A stretch of DNA of 40,000 nt from Salarchaeum sp. JOR-1 (GCF_007833275.1 NZ_CP042241.1:2303490-2343489), one strand, 5' to 3'; positions 26,280 to 35,994 are shown, numbered from the stretch's first letter. Notes: generated by a model from the sequence alone, not told the origin. Program-made: numbers and translations.

Positions 26280-29200
26280 CTACTGCGAGCCGTGGTATTC
26301 AGGACGGGCGGGACAGTTCCAGCGTAAATCACACTCGGAACAGGTTCCCTCAGATGGCGCGTCCGCGGGAGATATGTCGAACCAATCGCCGCCTTCTCGA
26401 TCCTGTTCGATGTCATCTACGGTTTCTTCGAAAGCGGAGAGTGAACTCTCCACTGAGCCCTCTTGGAAATTGAGTTCGAAGACCGCATTGTCTCGATCGT
26501 CTTCTCCCAAAAAGTAGATGACTCCCCTCTCGGGATATTTGCCCTGCTGATAGCGGTATAGTTCTGCATAGGTGTTCAGCTGGGCTTGGTAGTCGTTCAG
26601 CTCCCGACTCCCGTCCGGCCGTTGTCCCGCCTTGTAGTCCCAGATCTCGTAACCGTCTACGTCGTCCCCCGCGAGAACGTCAACGACCCCTTCCAGAACG
26701 AAGTCATCCCGGTTGCTCTGAAGGCGGTGTTCGGTGTCAACGACTCGCGGGTAGAGCCGCTCGCCTTCCTTCCTGTTGAAGCGTTGGATGTACGAGAGCG
26801 CAGTGTCTTCGGCCTCTTGGCTCATCGGATAGATATTCCGGGCTTTCAGCGCTTCGGCCACCTCGCGGAAGTACGTGGCAATCTCGTCGTCGGTCGGGAT
26901 CGTGCCTTCGTCGATGTCCTCGATTTCACCCGCGTAGTGTCGGTGTGCTCTATCCAGCGTTTCGTGGACCACTCGTCCGAAGAAGAGCTGTGTGACGTGG
27001 TTGGGTGCGAAATCGAGTTCGTTGTAATACCCGTACTGGCGCTTACACCGGCGGTAGGCTAGGACGTCACCGGTGATGCTATACCTGCGTTTCAGCCCGA
27101 CATCGCTGTGGGGGCCGACACTTCCACCCACCAAGTTGAGGAAGTCGTCAGCGGATTCGATTTCTCTGGCCCCTGTGAACCAGTTCTCTGTCAGAGGGTC
27201 ACCTTGTTCGGTATAACCCAGGGAGAGATCAGTCGTCGCCCCCTCTTGGTCAAGTAGAAGTAGGTCGTCCTCCGCTCGGGAGTACGCCACGTAGAAGCGG
27301 CGGATCTCGTCTCGATTGGCTCTCTCGTCAGTAGTTCCAGTCGGGTGTATGTCGGCATACGGCTCTAATTGGTCCTCCAGCCAGTAGGTGCCGCCCGTCC
27401 AAGGTTCGCTGTCCAGGTCACTGACGAAGGTCACCGGGAATTCGAGGCCCTTGGCCTGGTGAACGGTCATCATCTGTACGAAGCCGTCCGGGATCTGGTC
27501 GTGGGGATCCTCTGGTTCGTCGAAATCGGACGCCTCCAGGTACCCGCAGAACACGTAGTAGAACGAGCCGAGGAATTGAGTTGATACGGACAGCGTTCTC
27601 GAAGACTTCTGCATGTGTTCCGGTCCGGTGATACTGGCGAAGGAGTCGAACAACTTGGAGAGGCGACCGAGCCTCTTCCCTCGCTCCGGGCGATCGGGAG
27701 TCTCGATCCATGTCTGGAATGGCTCGAACGAGAGGATCCGGTAGAGAAGTTCGAGGACGGTGTATCCCAGCGACTCGCTGTCACCTGCACGTCTGAGTTC
27801 GCGCCGTTTCCTGCGGACGTAACTGTCCAGCTCTGTCGCATCGTGGTCGTCAACGAACTCATCGAATTCCTCGTGCCAGTCCTCGATCTGTCCCTTAACT
27901 CGGCCCATAACGCGTGCCGCTTCCACTCCCTCCAGTTCGGGATCGAGACAGCGAATAACAGCGCTCAGCGCGAACTGGACTTCCTCCTGTTCCAGAAACG
28001 CCTTGTTTCGAGGATTGTGAACGGGAATATCCCGATCCCGGAGAGCTTCCGCGTATTTGCCGGCCCATCGGGAGGTCTCCTTCGTGCTCTTGAAAAGGAA
28101 CGCAACTTGGCTGTAATCCTCGATGTACCCTTCGTCGTGGAGCTCTTCGACTAATTCAGCCGCTGTTTCCGCGGGATGTTCGTCACTGTCACCGATCAGG
28201 AGCGACTTGACACTCTTCCGTTCCCCCGTCTCCTCCCGGCCCACGTCCATCGACTCCTTGTTCGGAGCGCGTGCCCCCTCTCGCTGCATGAGGGGGTACT
28301 CGTTCATATATCGGTTACACCAGTCCACGATATCTTCCGTAGAGCGGTAGTTCGTGTTCAACTGCTCCCGCTGAACGGATTCACCAAATCGCTCCTCAGC
28401 GCGCTCCGGGAACTGAATCAGACACTCCACGGTACCGCCCCTGAAGCGATACAGAGCCTGGTCATCGTCACCGACAACGGTTAGATTCGGACTATCGAGC
28501 TCCTCCGTCAATCGGAAGTAGAGCTCTTGCTGAAGCGGATTCGTGTCCTGGTACTCGTCAACGAGGATGTGTTCGAGAGGCGGGCGCTCGCGCTCCGGTT
28601 CCCCTTGAATGAACCGGCTGCCGGCCTCGCTTCCTATGAAGTCGATGAACCGCTCTAGAAGGCGGGCAAAGTCACATCGGTGATTCTCCTGTAGAGTCTC
28701 GCGGTATCGCTCAAGTCCCTCAGCGCAGACCCGCCACTCGGGTTCCGGGGCGCGACGCAGAGCCTCCGTGTCCGCCAAGTACTGGGACACCCGATTGAAT
28801 ATCTGAGAAGCACCATCGGTCGCCTGCCACTTGTTTGGGCCGTACTGAGGGCTGACGCCGCGCGGCAGCACCTTCTCGAAAAACTCCCACGCGTCTTCCG
28901 ATAGTTCGTCCGAAGAGACCGTCTCCCAGTTCTCTGCGTCGGCATTCCCTTGGAGAACGGACACGAAGTCACAGTTGTTGTACATGAAGAGCTGCTGACC
29001 GTCTTCGTCGAGGAGTTCTGTATTCGCGTAGGCGGGATACCGATACTCCTGCATTATATCGTTACAGAGGGAGTGAAGGGTCCCGATGTGGATTTCGTTG
29101 ACATCGACGTCGTCCTCGAATCCGAATCGGTTCAACCGGTCAACAATCCGCTCTTCCAGGTTCTGAGCGGCCTTCTCGGTGAACGTCGTGAGGAGGATAC

Positions 29201-29426
29201 TTCCCGGAGCGACGTCGTCAACGAGAAGGAGTTTGAGCGTCCGCGAGATCAGCACCTCGGTTTTTCCACTTCCCGGTCCCGCAGTAATCCAAAGCGGCCC
29301 GTCGCCCGCGAGTATCGACCGCTCTTGGCTGTCGTTGAATTCCCAGTCCTCGTCATCGAATCGCTCTCTGTTCGCTTCTTCCAGTAACGAGATGAAGGCG
29401 TCCTCAGAAAGCGGGAGAGATGGCAT
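26280..29426 (-). CDS. UvrD/Rep-type SF1 helicase fused to a C-terminal Cas4/AddB-like PD-(D/E)XK nuclease with a 4-Cys cluster
   Basis: Walker A is AGPGSGKTE. Other helicase motifs are TFTEKAA, ILVDEYQDTN and MTVHQAKGLEF. The C-terminal region has C(RRCKRQY), EIWDYK and CSECDLRWNC, i.e. the C-x2-C-x5-C pattern. Confidence 0.9.
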   Translation of the reverse strand: MPSLPLSEDAFISLLEEANRERFDDEDWEFNDSQERSILAGDGPLWITAGPGSGKTEVLISRTLKLLLVDDVAPGSILLTTFTEKAAQNLEERIVDRLNRFGFEDDVDVNEIHIGTLHSLCNDIMQEYRYPAYANTELLDEDGQQLFMYNNCDFVSVLQGNADAENWETVSSDELSEDAWEFFEKVLPRGVSPQYGPNKWQATDGASQIFNRVSQYLADTEALRRAPEPEWRVCAEGLERYRETLQENHRCDFARLLERFIDFIGSEAGSRFIQGEPERERPPLEHILVDEYQDTNPLQQELYFRLTEELDSPNLTVVGDDDQALYRFRGGTVECLIQFPERAEERFGESVQREQLNTNYRSTEDIVDWCNRYMNEYPLMQREGARAPNKESMDVGREETGERKSVKSLLIGDSDEHPAETAAELVEELHDEGYIEDYSQVAFLFKSTKETSRWAGKYAEALRDRDIPVHNPRNKAFLEQEEVQFALSAVIRCLDPELEGVEAARVMGRVKGQIEDWHEEFDEFVDDHDATELDSYVRRKRRELRRAGDSESLGYTVLELLYRILSFEPFQTWIETPDRPERGKRLGRLSKLFDSFASITGPEHMQKSSRTLSVSTQFLGSFYYVFCGYLEASDFDEPEDPHDQIPDGFVQMMTVHQAKGLEFPVTFVSDLDSEPWTGGTYWLEDQLEPYADIHPTGTTDERANRDEIRRFYVAYSRAEDDLLLLDQEGATTDLSLGYTEQGDPLTENWFTGAREIESADDFLNLVGGSVGPHSDVGLKRRYSITGDVLAYRRCKRQYGYYNELDFAPNHVTQLFFGRVVHETLDRAHRHYAGEIEDIDEGTIPTDDEIATYFREVAEALKARNIYPMSQEAEDTALSYIQRFNRKEGERLYPRVVDTEHRLQSNRDDFVLEGVVDVLAGDDVDGYEIWDYKAGQRPDGSRELNDYQAQLNTYAELYRYQQGKYPERGVIYFLGEDDRDNAVFELNFQEGSVESSLSAFEETVDDIEQDREGGDWFDISPADAPSEGTCSECDLRWNCPARPEYHGSQ

Positions 29427-29530
29427 GTGTCAACCCTCATTACCCGGTCAAATAAGCATGGCGTCGGGGTTCTGAGAGCTCACTTACCGATGCCCCCCTA
29501 GGTTCCATCTATAGTGACCCAGCAGTAAGG

Positions 29531-29812
29531 CTACTCACTCCAGCACTGAACCGATTCATCCTCTATCTCGCAGATGAAAAAGTCCTCCTCGGGATACAGA
29601 ATGAATCGATCCTCGTCGTCGTTCTCAACGTATTCTACGTCGTCTATAACCCAATCAGAGTCTTCATTCCCTTCCCAAGTGTAATAGTTCGGCTCGCCCT
29701 CTACAGCAAAGTCGAGGATACCGGAGCCGCTCCCTAAGATATGTTCCACTTGCTCAAGGCGTGACCTCTCTGTTATTCTGACCATGATTGACCTATTTGG
29801 CCCCACGCCCAT
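29531..29812 (-). CDS. Small acidic hypothetical protein
   Basis: 93-aa ORF lying between the HTH gene and the helicase-nuclease gene on the same strand. No motif was recognised. Confidence 0.45.
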   Translation of the reverse strand: MGVGPNRSIMVRITERSRLEQVEHILGSGSGILDFAVEGEPNYYTWEGNEDSDWVIDDVEYVENDDEDRFILYPEEDFFICEIEDESVQCWSE

Positions 29813-29865
29813 TAATTCGGCACCTGTGGTAGTAGTCTGCTATGAGCACTGAATGAGAAGCCGTA

Positions 29866-30225
29866 CTACTCGTCCGGTTCTCCGAGAGATACCGACTTAG
29901 TGAATGCACACACCATAGCATATTGGTTGAGTCGGTCTGTAACCCTGATCTCCTTCCGTTGCTCATCATATTCAACGAGGCCGGCTGAAGCGAGCCTAGG
30001 CAGATGCCGTTGAATCAGCCCGTTGTAGGCCGATTCGTACTCATCTGCTCCGATTCGATGAGGGGGTGTGCCGGTTTCAACAGCGCGGATTACTCGCGCG
30101 ACATGTCGAACCTCGACATCGACACCTGAGTCAAACATCGAGAGGTACTCAACAACCAGAAACCGCCTTTGATTCCCCAGGAGGGCGTGAACCTCGGCAG
30201 GTTTGTATCCCTCAGTGACGCTCAT
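29866..30225 (-). CDS. Winged-helix regulator of the DUF7344 type
   Basis: LLGNQRRFLVVEYL...HVARVI...YNGLIQRHLPRLASAGLVEYD follows the same pattern as the gene at 3503..3961. Confidence 0.7.
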   Translation of the reverse strand: MSVTEGYKPAEVHALLGNQRRFLVVEYLSMFDSGVDVEVRHVARVIRAVETGTPPHRIGADEYESAYNGLIQRHLPRLASAGLVEYDEQRKEIRVTDRLNQYAMVCAFTKSVSLGEPDE

Positions 30226-30314
30226 ACTATACCACCGGAGCCTGACTGTCTGCTCTCATGACCGGTAGCGGTACAGCCGTTGAACTTTTGCGGATCGTCG
30301 TCGTCAGAGTACAT

Positions 30315-30332
30315 GCTGTCTCACCAGACAGC
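30315..30332. promoter_or_regulatory. Perfect hairpin/palindrome gctgtct-cacc-agacagc between queC and the HTH gene
   Basis: Read directly from the sequence. It could be the queC terminator or an operator for the HTH gene. Confidence 0.3.
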
Positions 30333-30435
30333 GCGGGTGCGGTGTCTCAGCACCGGACCCACTTTTGTGGGCCACCGCGCCTTGAACTCTCTAGTGACGG
30401 AAACCACTTAACCGCAGGCAATTCGTCGTTTGGCG

Positions 30436-31131
30436 TTATGTCTCGGTATAGTCCGGCCGCTTCGCGTAATCGATGGGATCACGCTCGCCGAGATTTTGGA
30501 ACGCCTGAAGGCGGAACGCACACGCGTCGCAGGTACCGCAAGCCGGTTCTTCCTCCCGGTAGCAGCTCCACGTGTGTTCGTAGGGGACGTCGAGTTCGAG
30601 CCCTCGTTCGGCGATGTCGGTCTTCGACCACTCGTCGAACGGAGCTTCGATACTGATCTCCGTCTCGGGTTTCGTGCCGACGTCAACGACCTGCTGGAAC
30701 GCCTCGAAGAACTCGGGGCGGCAGTCAGGATATCCCGAGAAGTCCTCGGTATGGGCGCCGATGAACACCGCATCGCACTCCTTGGCTTCCGCGTACGAGG
30801 TCGCCATGGAGAGGAGGTTGGCGTTCCGGAACGGAACGTAGGAGGACGGAATCTCGTCGCCTTCCAAATCCGCGTCTTCGACCTCCATCTCGTCGTCGGT
30901 GAGACTCGAGGATCCAATCTTCGAGAGGTGATCCGTCGTGAGGTGGAGGAAGTCCGCGGCGTCGAAGGCTTCGGCCTGCGCCTTCGCGCATTCCAACTCC
31001 TTGCTCTCGGTCTGCTGGCCGTACGACGTGTGGAGCAGGTATAGGTCGTAGCCGGCGTCCTGAGCGACTGCGGCAGCAGTTGCGCTGTCCATCCCACCCG
31101 ACGCCAGGACGACCGCCCGCGGACGGCTCAT
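30436..31131 (-). CDS. queC: 7-cyano-7-deazaguanine (preQ0) synthase QueC
   Basis: The PP-loop is LASGGMDS. The C-terminal zinc site reads WSCY...CGTCDACAFR. Confidence 0.93.
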   Translation of the reverse strand: MSRPRAVVLASGGMDSATAAAVAQDAGYDLYLLHTSYGQQTESKELECAKAQAEAFDAADFLHLTTDHLSKIGSSSLTDDEMEVEDADLEGDEIPSSYVPFRNANLLSMATSYAEAKECDAVFIGAHTEDFSGYPDCRPEFFEAFQQVVDVGTKPETEISIEAPFDEWSKTDIAERGLELDVPYEHTWSCYREEEPACGTCDACAFRLQAFQNLGERDPIDYAKRPDYTET

Positions 31132-31736
31132 AGGTCTTCCTCCCGGACAATCGCGTCGCGGAACTGTTCTCGTTCCTCCTCAGTCAGATCTCCGACGGAG
31201 GCCCTCGTGGTGGTCGTACTTTCCGTCTCTACGCCGCGCATCGCCTCGCAGAGGTGTGTCGCGTTGACCTCGACGAGTACCGCGGGAGCATCTATCTCAT
31301 CGGCGAGTCCAGAGGCGATGTCGTTCGTCAGCCGTTCCTGCATCGTTAGCTGTCGTGTCTGCCAGCGGACGTACCGCGTGAGTTTCGACAGGCCGACGAC
31401 TTCTCCGTCCGGTCGGTATGCGACGTGGGCCGTCCCGAAGAACGGCAGCAGGTGGTGTTCGCACAGGGAGTAAATCGGGATATCCGTCTTGACGACGAGG
31501 TCGTCGGTCTGGGCGTCGAACGTTCGCATCGTCGGCTTCGATGCTTCCCGCTGGCCCTCTGTGAGGGTCCTAAAGGTCTCGGGAACGCGACGCTGCCACG
31601 TCTCGGTGAGCCCATGGCGCTCGGGATCTTCCCCCACCGCTTCTAACAGGAGGCGGACGCCGCGCTGTGCTTTCTCGTAGTCGATGTCTCTCTCGCTGCC
31701 AGTCTGCTGCTTCAGTTCGGAATGTGAGTTCGTCAT
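31128..31736 (-). CDS. folE: GTP cyclohydrolase I (FolE type)
   Basis: 202 aa from ATG 31736. Diagnostic segments are SLCEHHLLPFFGTAHVAY and VVGLSKLTR. The ORF-track extension to 32189 overlaps queE out of frame. Confidence 0.9.
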   Translation of the reverse strand: MTNSHSELKQQTGSERDIDYEKAQRGVRLLLEAVGEDPERHGLTETWQRRVPETFRTLTEGQREASKPTMRTFDAQTDDLVVKTDIPIYSLCEHHLLPFFGTAHVAYRPDGEVVGLSKLTRYVRWQTRQLTMQERLTNDIASGLADEIDAPAVLVEVNATHLCEAMRGVETESTTTTRASVGDLTEEEREQFRDAIVREEDL

Positions 31737-31737
31737 G

Positions 31738-32511
31738 CTACGTACCAGGAGCGTCGTTCCAGAGATCCACATGCAGTCGCGGAGTGTATCGATAGCCGTG
31801 CTCCATCGCCAGTTCCGCGACCTCGATTCGCTTTTTGTCGAGTTCCTCGCGGGTCGTACCCTCCGGCATGAGGAGGACATCCGAGTCGGGAACACGACTA
31901 GATGCTGTACTTCGAATGTCTTCGACCAGATCCTCGATTTCGGGCATGTCATCGGGACCGGTAACGACGAATTTGAGTTGGGTGTCGTACTCGTCAACAA
32001 GTTCTCCGAGGGCGTCGAGATCGATCCGACGGTCGTCGTGGCGCTCGGCCCACTCGCCGTTACCTTTCGGATCTTTGTCCGGCGTCGGGGCGCTCGATGC
32101 GAGTTTCGGGCTGATGCTCGCCAAGTCGATGGGTACGTCTCGATAGATAGTTCCGTTCGTCTCCACGGTCGTGTGGTAGCCGCGGTCATCGAGACGCTCT
32201 AGGAGCGAGACCGCCTCGTCGTGGATGAGTGGCTCACCTCCCGTCAGGACGACGTGCTCGGCGTTCTCGTGTGACTCAACCTCCGCAACGATGTCGTCGA
32301 GACTCATGTTGGCGTGGGTGGGCTCCCACGAGGTGTGGTAGGAATCACAGAACCAACACCGGAGGTTACAACCACTCGTCCGAACGAACACCGACGGTTC
32401 CCCTGTGAGTTTCCCCTCGCCTTGGAGTGAGTAGAAGAGTTCGTTGATCGGGAGCGTCTCTCCGTCGGCGTTTGGAGTCTTCCCCTGATCGGGGGTCGAA
32501 TTCACTGGCAT
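31738..32511 (-). CDS. queE: 7-carboxy-7-deazaguanine synthase QueE (radical SAM)
   Basis: FYSLQGEG and the cluster motif CNLRCWFCD are present. Confidence 0.92.
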   Translation of the reverse strand: MPVNSTPDQGKTPNADGETLPINELFYSLQGEGKLTGEPSVFVRTSGCNLRCWFCDSYHTSWEPTHANMSLDDIVAEVESHENAEHVVLTGGEPLIHDEAVSLLERLDDRGYHTTVETNGTIYRDVPIDLASISPKLASSAPTPDKDPKGNGEWAERHDDRRIDLDALGELVDEYDTQLKFVVTGPDDMPEIEDLVEDIRSTASSRVPDSDVLLMPEGTTREELDKKRIEVAELAMEHGYRYTPRLHVDLWNDAPGT

Positions 32512-32972
32512 TACTGAGTAGCTCCCGCACAGAGTTCTGAGGTCTCTCTGACTCGAGCTGAGACATCCGATACCGAGTCCGGAAGTGCTGCGAGGAGTTT
32601 GCGCTCCAAGACGACACTCATCACCTCCGCCGTAGGTGGATAATCTAGTACGACGACCCCGTCACCTTCGCCGCTCTGCTCGAATGCGTCAATCAAGGGA
32701 TCGCCTTCCTCGAGGAGAAATCGATGATCCCACTCAGATATTATTGAAGTAATATCTCCTTTGTCCACTATCCACCCGTCTTCGGAGAGTGTCCCCGTGA
32801 CTTTGACTGATACCTGATAATTGTGACCGTGCGGACGACTGCACTTTCCGTCGTGATGTAGGATGCGATGCCCTGTGCTGATTCTAATCGGACGGTCCTC
32901 GCCCACGTATAGTGTTCGCTCACCTGCTTCGGCGAGTTGGGGCGAGGACTCCTGTTCTAAGGACATGGACAC
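32511..32972 (-). CDS. queD: 6-carboxy-5,6,7,8-tetrahydropterin synthase QueD
   Basis: The PTPS-fold motifs HRILHHDGKCSRPHGHNY are present. The start is GTG 32972 or ATG 32966. It overlaps queE as TAATG. Confidence 0.9.
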   Translation of the reverse strand: MSMSLEQESSPQLAEAGERTLYVGEDRPIRISTGHRILHHDGKCSRPHGHNYQVSVKVTGTLSEDGWIVDKGDITSIISEWDHRFLLEEGDPLIDAFEQSGEGDGVVVLDYPPTAEVMSVVLERKLLAALPDSVSDVSARVRETSELCAGATQ

Positions 32973-33090
32973 CTCTTCTTAGAGTATGCACTAAATATTA
33001 TCGGAGGAATACTGTGGTGGTTCTTCGTGGCGAGAGAAAGGGATATTCATATGGTGGAACGAAGTAAGGCTAAGACAGTGAATCTAATCT
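32973..33090. promoter_or_regulatory. 118-bp divergent promoter region between queD and the DpdA-like gene
   Basis: An AT-rich box ctaaatatta lies at 32991-33000, about 20-28 nt from the queD start. ggatattcatat lies at about 33040-33051, upstream of ATG 33091. Confidence 0.45.
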
Positions 33091-35994
33091 ATGAGGTTCT
33101 ACGTTCCTGAGTGGGATGATGCGGTCGATGCGAACTACGATTTCGAGCATGACGAACTCTCCACCCTCGACCGTCAGGAGCGCGAGCTCAACTACATCTG
33201 GGACATCTTCGACCGCGAGACAACGCCTATCGACGGAGTGCTTATTTCCCGTGAACAGGTAGAGGAGACTAAAAAGAAGGCGGAGCGCCTGGCTCAATAC
33301 GGCGTCTACGATGACCCCGTTCTCTCAGTTCCGGACTGGCTTCCGACTATCAGTGACTGCGGAGCTTGGGGGTACAAATCGCTCCCCTTCCCGCCCTATG
33401 GAAACGAGGAGATGCTCGATTTCTACGAGACTTTGGAGGTCTCCGTAGGGGTCACGATCGATCATCTCGTGCTCGGGTCTGGTAAGGACAAGGGACGCCT
33501 CTACCTCGATGAACGGGCCTTCGGAGACGGGTTCGAAGAGAGCGACATTCCCGACGCTCTCGAAGATGTCGTTGACCTGATGATCGACGAATGGCCTGAC
33601 GAGTGGCCTGAGTACGTTGACGAATACGAGCCCTCTATTCAAGCTGAAGATGGCTCAAGCGTGGAGCCCTTTAGTTCCGGCACTTTCCGTGGCGATATCG
33701 ATGCCGTTCTAACTGAGTTGGAACACGATCCGCGTGCCGTCTATCGGGCCGACGACAAAACGTTCCGCTACAATCTCACCCTCCGCAATGCCCGGGAAAT
33801 GTACGAGTTGTACCAGGCCGAGGATCGCCCCTTCCGTCTCATGGTGGCGATTCAAGGCTGGGATCCCGAATCATATGTCGAAGCCGCTGAGGAGGTACTC
33901 GACATCGGGTACGGCTACCTCGGCATCGGGGGCGTTGCGGGGAGTCCAGTCCACGAAGTGAGGAAGATCGTTAAGGACGTCGGGAAGACCATCAAGGCGT
34001 TCGAACGTGAGCACAACAGACGGGTCGATTCTCACGTTTTTGGTTTTGCGAAGTCTGAGGCGTTCGAAACCATCGGTCGTTCCGGAATGTCGAGTTTCGA
34101 CAGTGCGAGTATGTTGCGTTCAGCCTGGACTGGAGGCGAGAACTACCGCCTAAATAACGACAAACGATACGACGCTATTCGAGTACGGTATCCGTCCAAC
34201 GGTGACGACCTCCGAGAGGCCGTCGAAAAGTCACTCCGAGGTAGGGAGGTTCTCGTTTCCTTACGCGCCTATGACGCAGAGAACTCGATTGAGGAGGAAA
34301 TCTGGAACTGGCACCGGAAAGCTGAGGAGGTGCTTCCTGCGACCCGTGATTATCTGCGCGACCAACGGCACGACGAGCGGTATAACGCGTCCAGGTTACA
34401 GGACATCGAGACAGCATTCCGGGATGATTTCGAGTACGCCAGGGAGCTTCAAGCCTCCTTCAGCGACGACCTGCGAGGGCGGATCGTTAAACTCCTTCGT
34501 GAGGACACCGCCGAGGACCCGATACCCTTCGTGGAGTATGATGAACTGCTCACGGTAGCGGAAGAAGAATTTGAGAAATTCCCGCGGATGCCGGCGGCTT
34601 TCAATAGTCAGGAGCACCAGAACCCCTACGACCACGTCTGGACTGCCGTCCGGGACTATGCCGAGTGGATTGGAGACGATGGTCTATTGGAGGAGTACCG
34701 AGATACCCTGAGGGACCGACCGTGGGAGAAGTGCGAGTGTCCCATCTGCGAGACGAACGGGATCGAGGTCTGCATCTTCCGCGGCAACGACCGAAACCGG
34801 CGTCGCGGCTTCCACAATACCCGCCGCTTCTACGACGAGTTCGCCGCGGAACTCCCAAAACTGCTCGTCGCTGTCGAGGGAACTGCCAAACTGAGCCGCT
34901 TCGAGTCGATCGAAGAGTACCTCCGAAGCGAACACCCCGACTTCTGGGAGCGCGTACACGACCTGCCGGTCGCGGAGGTCGGCGTCATCGACGCGGGGGG
35001 AGTTCACGAATCGTGGTCTGGAACGCCGTCTACTGTCTCCTTCTCGCCAGATAGGGTGGAGGAGAATTTAGCGGCACAAACAGCACGCTATCAAAAGTTG
35101 TTCCTCCTCACGACCGGCGGGGAAGCGAGCGACGCCATTTCCGGAGCCGTTGAGCAGAGTGGTTGCGAACTCCACACGTTTAGTGAGTCCGAAGCCCTAC
35201 GAGAAGGGGCACTTGATGCGTGTGGTCGAAACTACGTCGCCGGTGATGATTTCGTTCCTCATCCTCCCGAGCTCGATGTCCGTGAGGGGTTGGATGTCCT
35301 CGTCATCGACCAGTGTTCCGGTTCCAAAGATATCCCAGAGGGGGCTCCCGTCTTCGATGCAGATGAGACGCTGGAATTTTCGAAGGAAGACCTGCTGAGT
35401 CGAGACAACGTTCCTGGAATTGCCGCGCGGGATCTCTATACTGGCCGACAACAGGGATTCGTGAAGGACGCTGCACGCCGGTTACGTAGTCAGGGTCACG
35501 ACGTTGAGCGATACTTCATAAGTGCTGGGTTCGGACTCGTGACCGAGGAGGAATTGCTCCCTCCCTACGAGGTGACGTTCAGTTCGATGAACGTCGGAGA
35601 AATAAGAGAGCGGTCTCGCCTCCTCGGAATCCAAGAGGACCTGAGAAAAGTATTGCACGAGACAGACTACGATGTCGTCTTCTTCACTCTCGGGAGCGAT
35701 TACTACACGAGCATCGATATTGACGAGATGGTTCAGCAAGTCCGTCCGGACCGTATCGGAGTGGTGTTCAACCGTGAACTAGTCGGTGATCAATTCGAGA
35801 ACATTGTGTCGGTCCCCGCCCGAACGGAAGATGCGAAGAACCACGGTACAATCGTCGTAGGGCTGAAAGGACTCTATATGAAGAATTTCGCCCAACGTCT
35901 TGAGAATGTAGATATGTTGGAACCGGATAATATCGAGTACCTTTGCCGGCACGTAGAAGACGGCCCGACTCAGGCGGCTTTCGAGAAGTTTTAG
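33091..35994 (+). CDS. DpdA-like (TGT-superfamily) transglycosylase fused to a C-terminal domain of about 330 aa of unknown function
   Basis: The N-terminal MRFYVPEWDDAVDANYDFEHD resembles the start of bacterial DpdA. TGT-fold hallmarks are present: LGIGGVAG, FGFAK...MSSFDSAS. The zinc motif is CECPICE...FHN. The C-terminal part has VLVIDQCSGSK, LYTGRQQ, ISAGFGLV and PPYEVTF. Confidence 0.8.
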   Translation: MRFYVPEWDDAVDANYDFEHDELSTLDRQERELNYIWDIFDRETTPIDGVLISREQVEETKKKAERLAQYGVYDDPVLSVPDWLPTISDCGAWGYKSLPFPPYGNEEMLDFYETLEVSVGVTIDHLVLGSGKDKGRLYLDERAFGDGFEESDIPDALEDVVDLMIDEWPDEWPEYVDEYEPSIQAEDGSSVEPFSSGTFRGDIDAVLTELEHDPRAVYRADDKTFRYNLTLRNAREMYELYQAEDRPFRLMVAIQGWDPESYVEAAEEVLDIGYGYLGIGGVAGSPVHEVRKIVKDVGKTIKAFEREHNRRVDSHVFGFAKSEAFETIGRSGMSSFDSASMLRSAWTGGENYRLNNDKRYDAIRVRYPSNGDDLREAVEKSLRGREVLVSLRAYDAENSIEEEIWNWHRKAEEVLPATRDYLRDQRHDERYNASRLQDIETAFRDDFEYARELQASFSDDLRGRIVKLLREDTAEDPIPFVEYDELLTVAEEEFEKFPRMPAAFNSQEHQNPYDHVWTAVRDYAEWIGDDGLLEEYRDTLRDRPWEKCECPICETNGIEVCIFRGNDRNRRRGFHNTRRFYDEFAAELPKLLVAVEGTAKLSRFESIEEYLRSEHPDFWERVHDLPVAEVGVIDAGGVHESWSGTPSTVSFSPDRVEENLAAQTARYQKLFLLTTGGEASDAISGAVEQSGCELHTFSESEALREGALDACGRNYVAGDDFVPHPPELDVREGLDVLVIDQCSGSKDIPEGAPVFDADETLEFSKEDLLSRDNVPGIAARDLYTGRQQGFVKDAARRLRSQGHDVERYFISAGFGLVTEEELLPPYEVTFSSMNVGEIRERSRLLGIQEDLRKVLHETDYDVVFFTLGSDYYTSIDIDEMVQQVRPDRIGVVFNRELVGDQFENIVSVPARTEDAKNHGTIVVGLKGLYMKNFAQRLENVDMLEPDNIEYLCRHVEDGPTQAAFEKF

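Noticed and set aside
30408-31150. Alternative-frame ORFs overlapping queC (30408..31097, 30430..31044, 30725..31150)
   Set aside because: queC is unambiguous from its PP-loop and zinc site. The alternatives are Arg/Ser/Pro-rich frame shadows.
31737-32189. N-terminal extension of the folE ORF (ORF track 31128..32189)
   Set aside because: The extension overlaps queE in another frame and is Ser/Thr/Arg-rich. ATG 31736, directly after the queE stop, gives a normal-length FolE.
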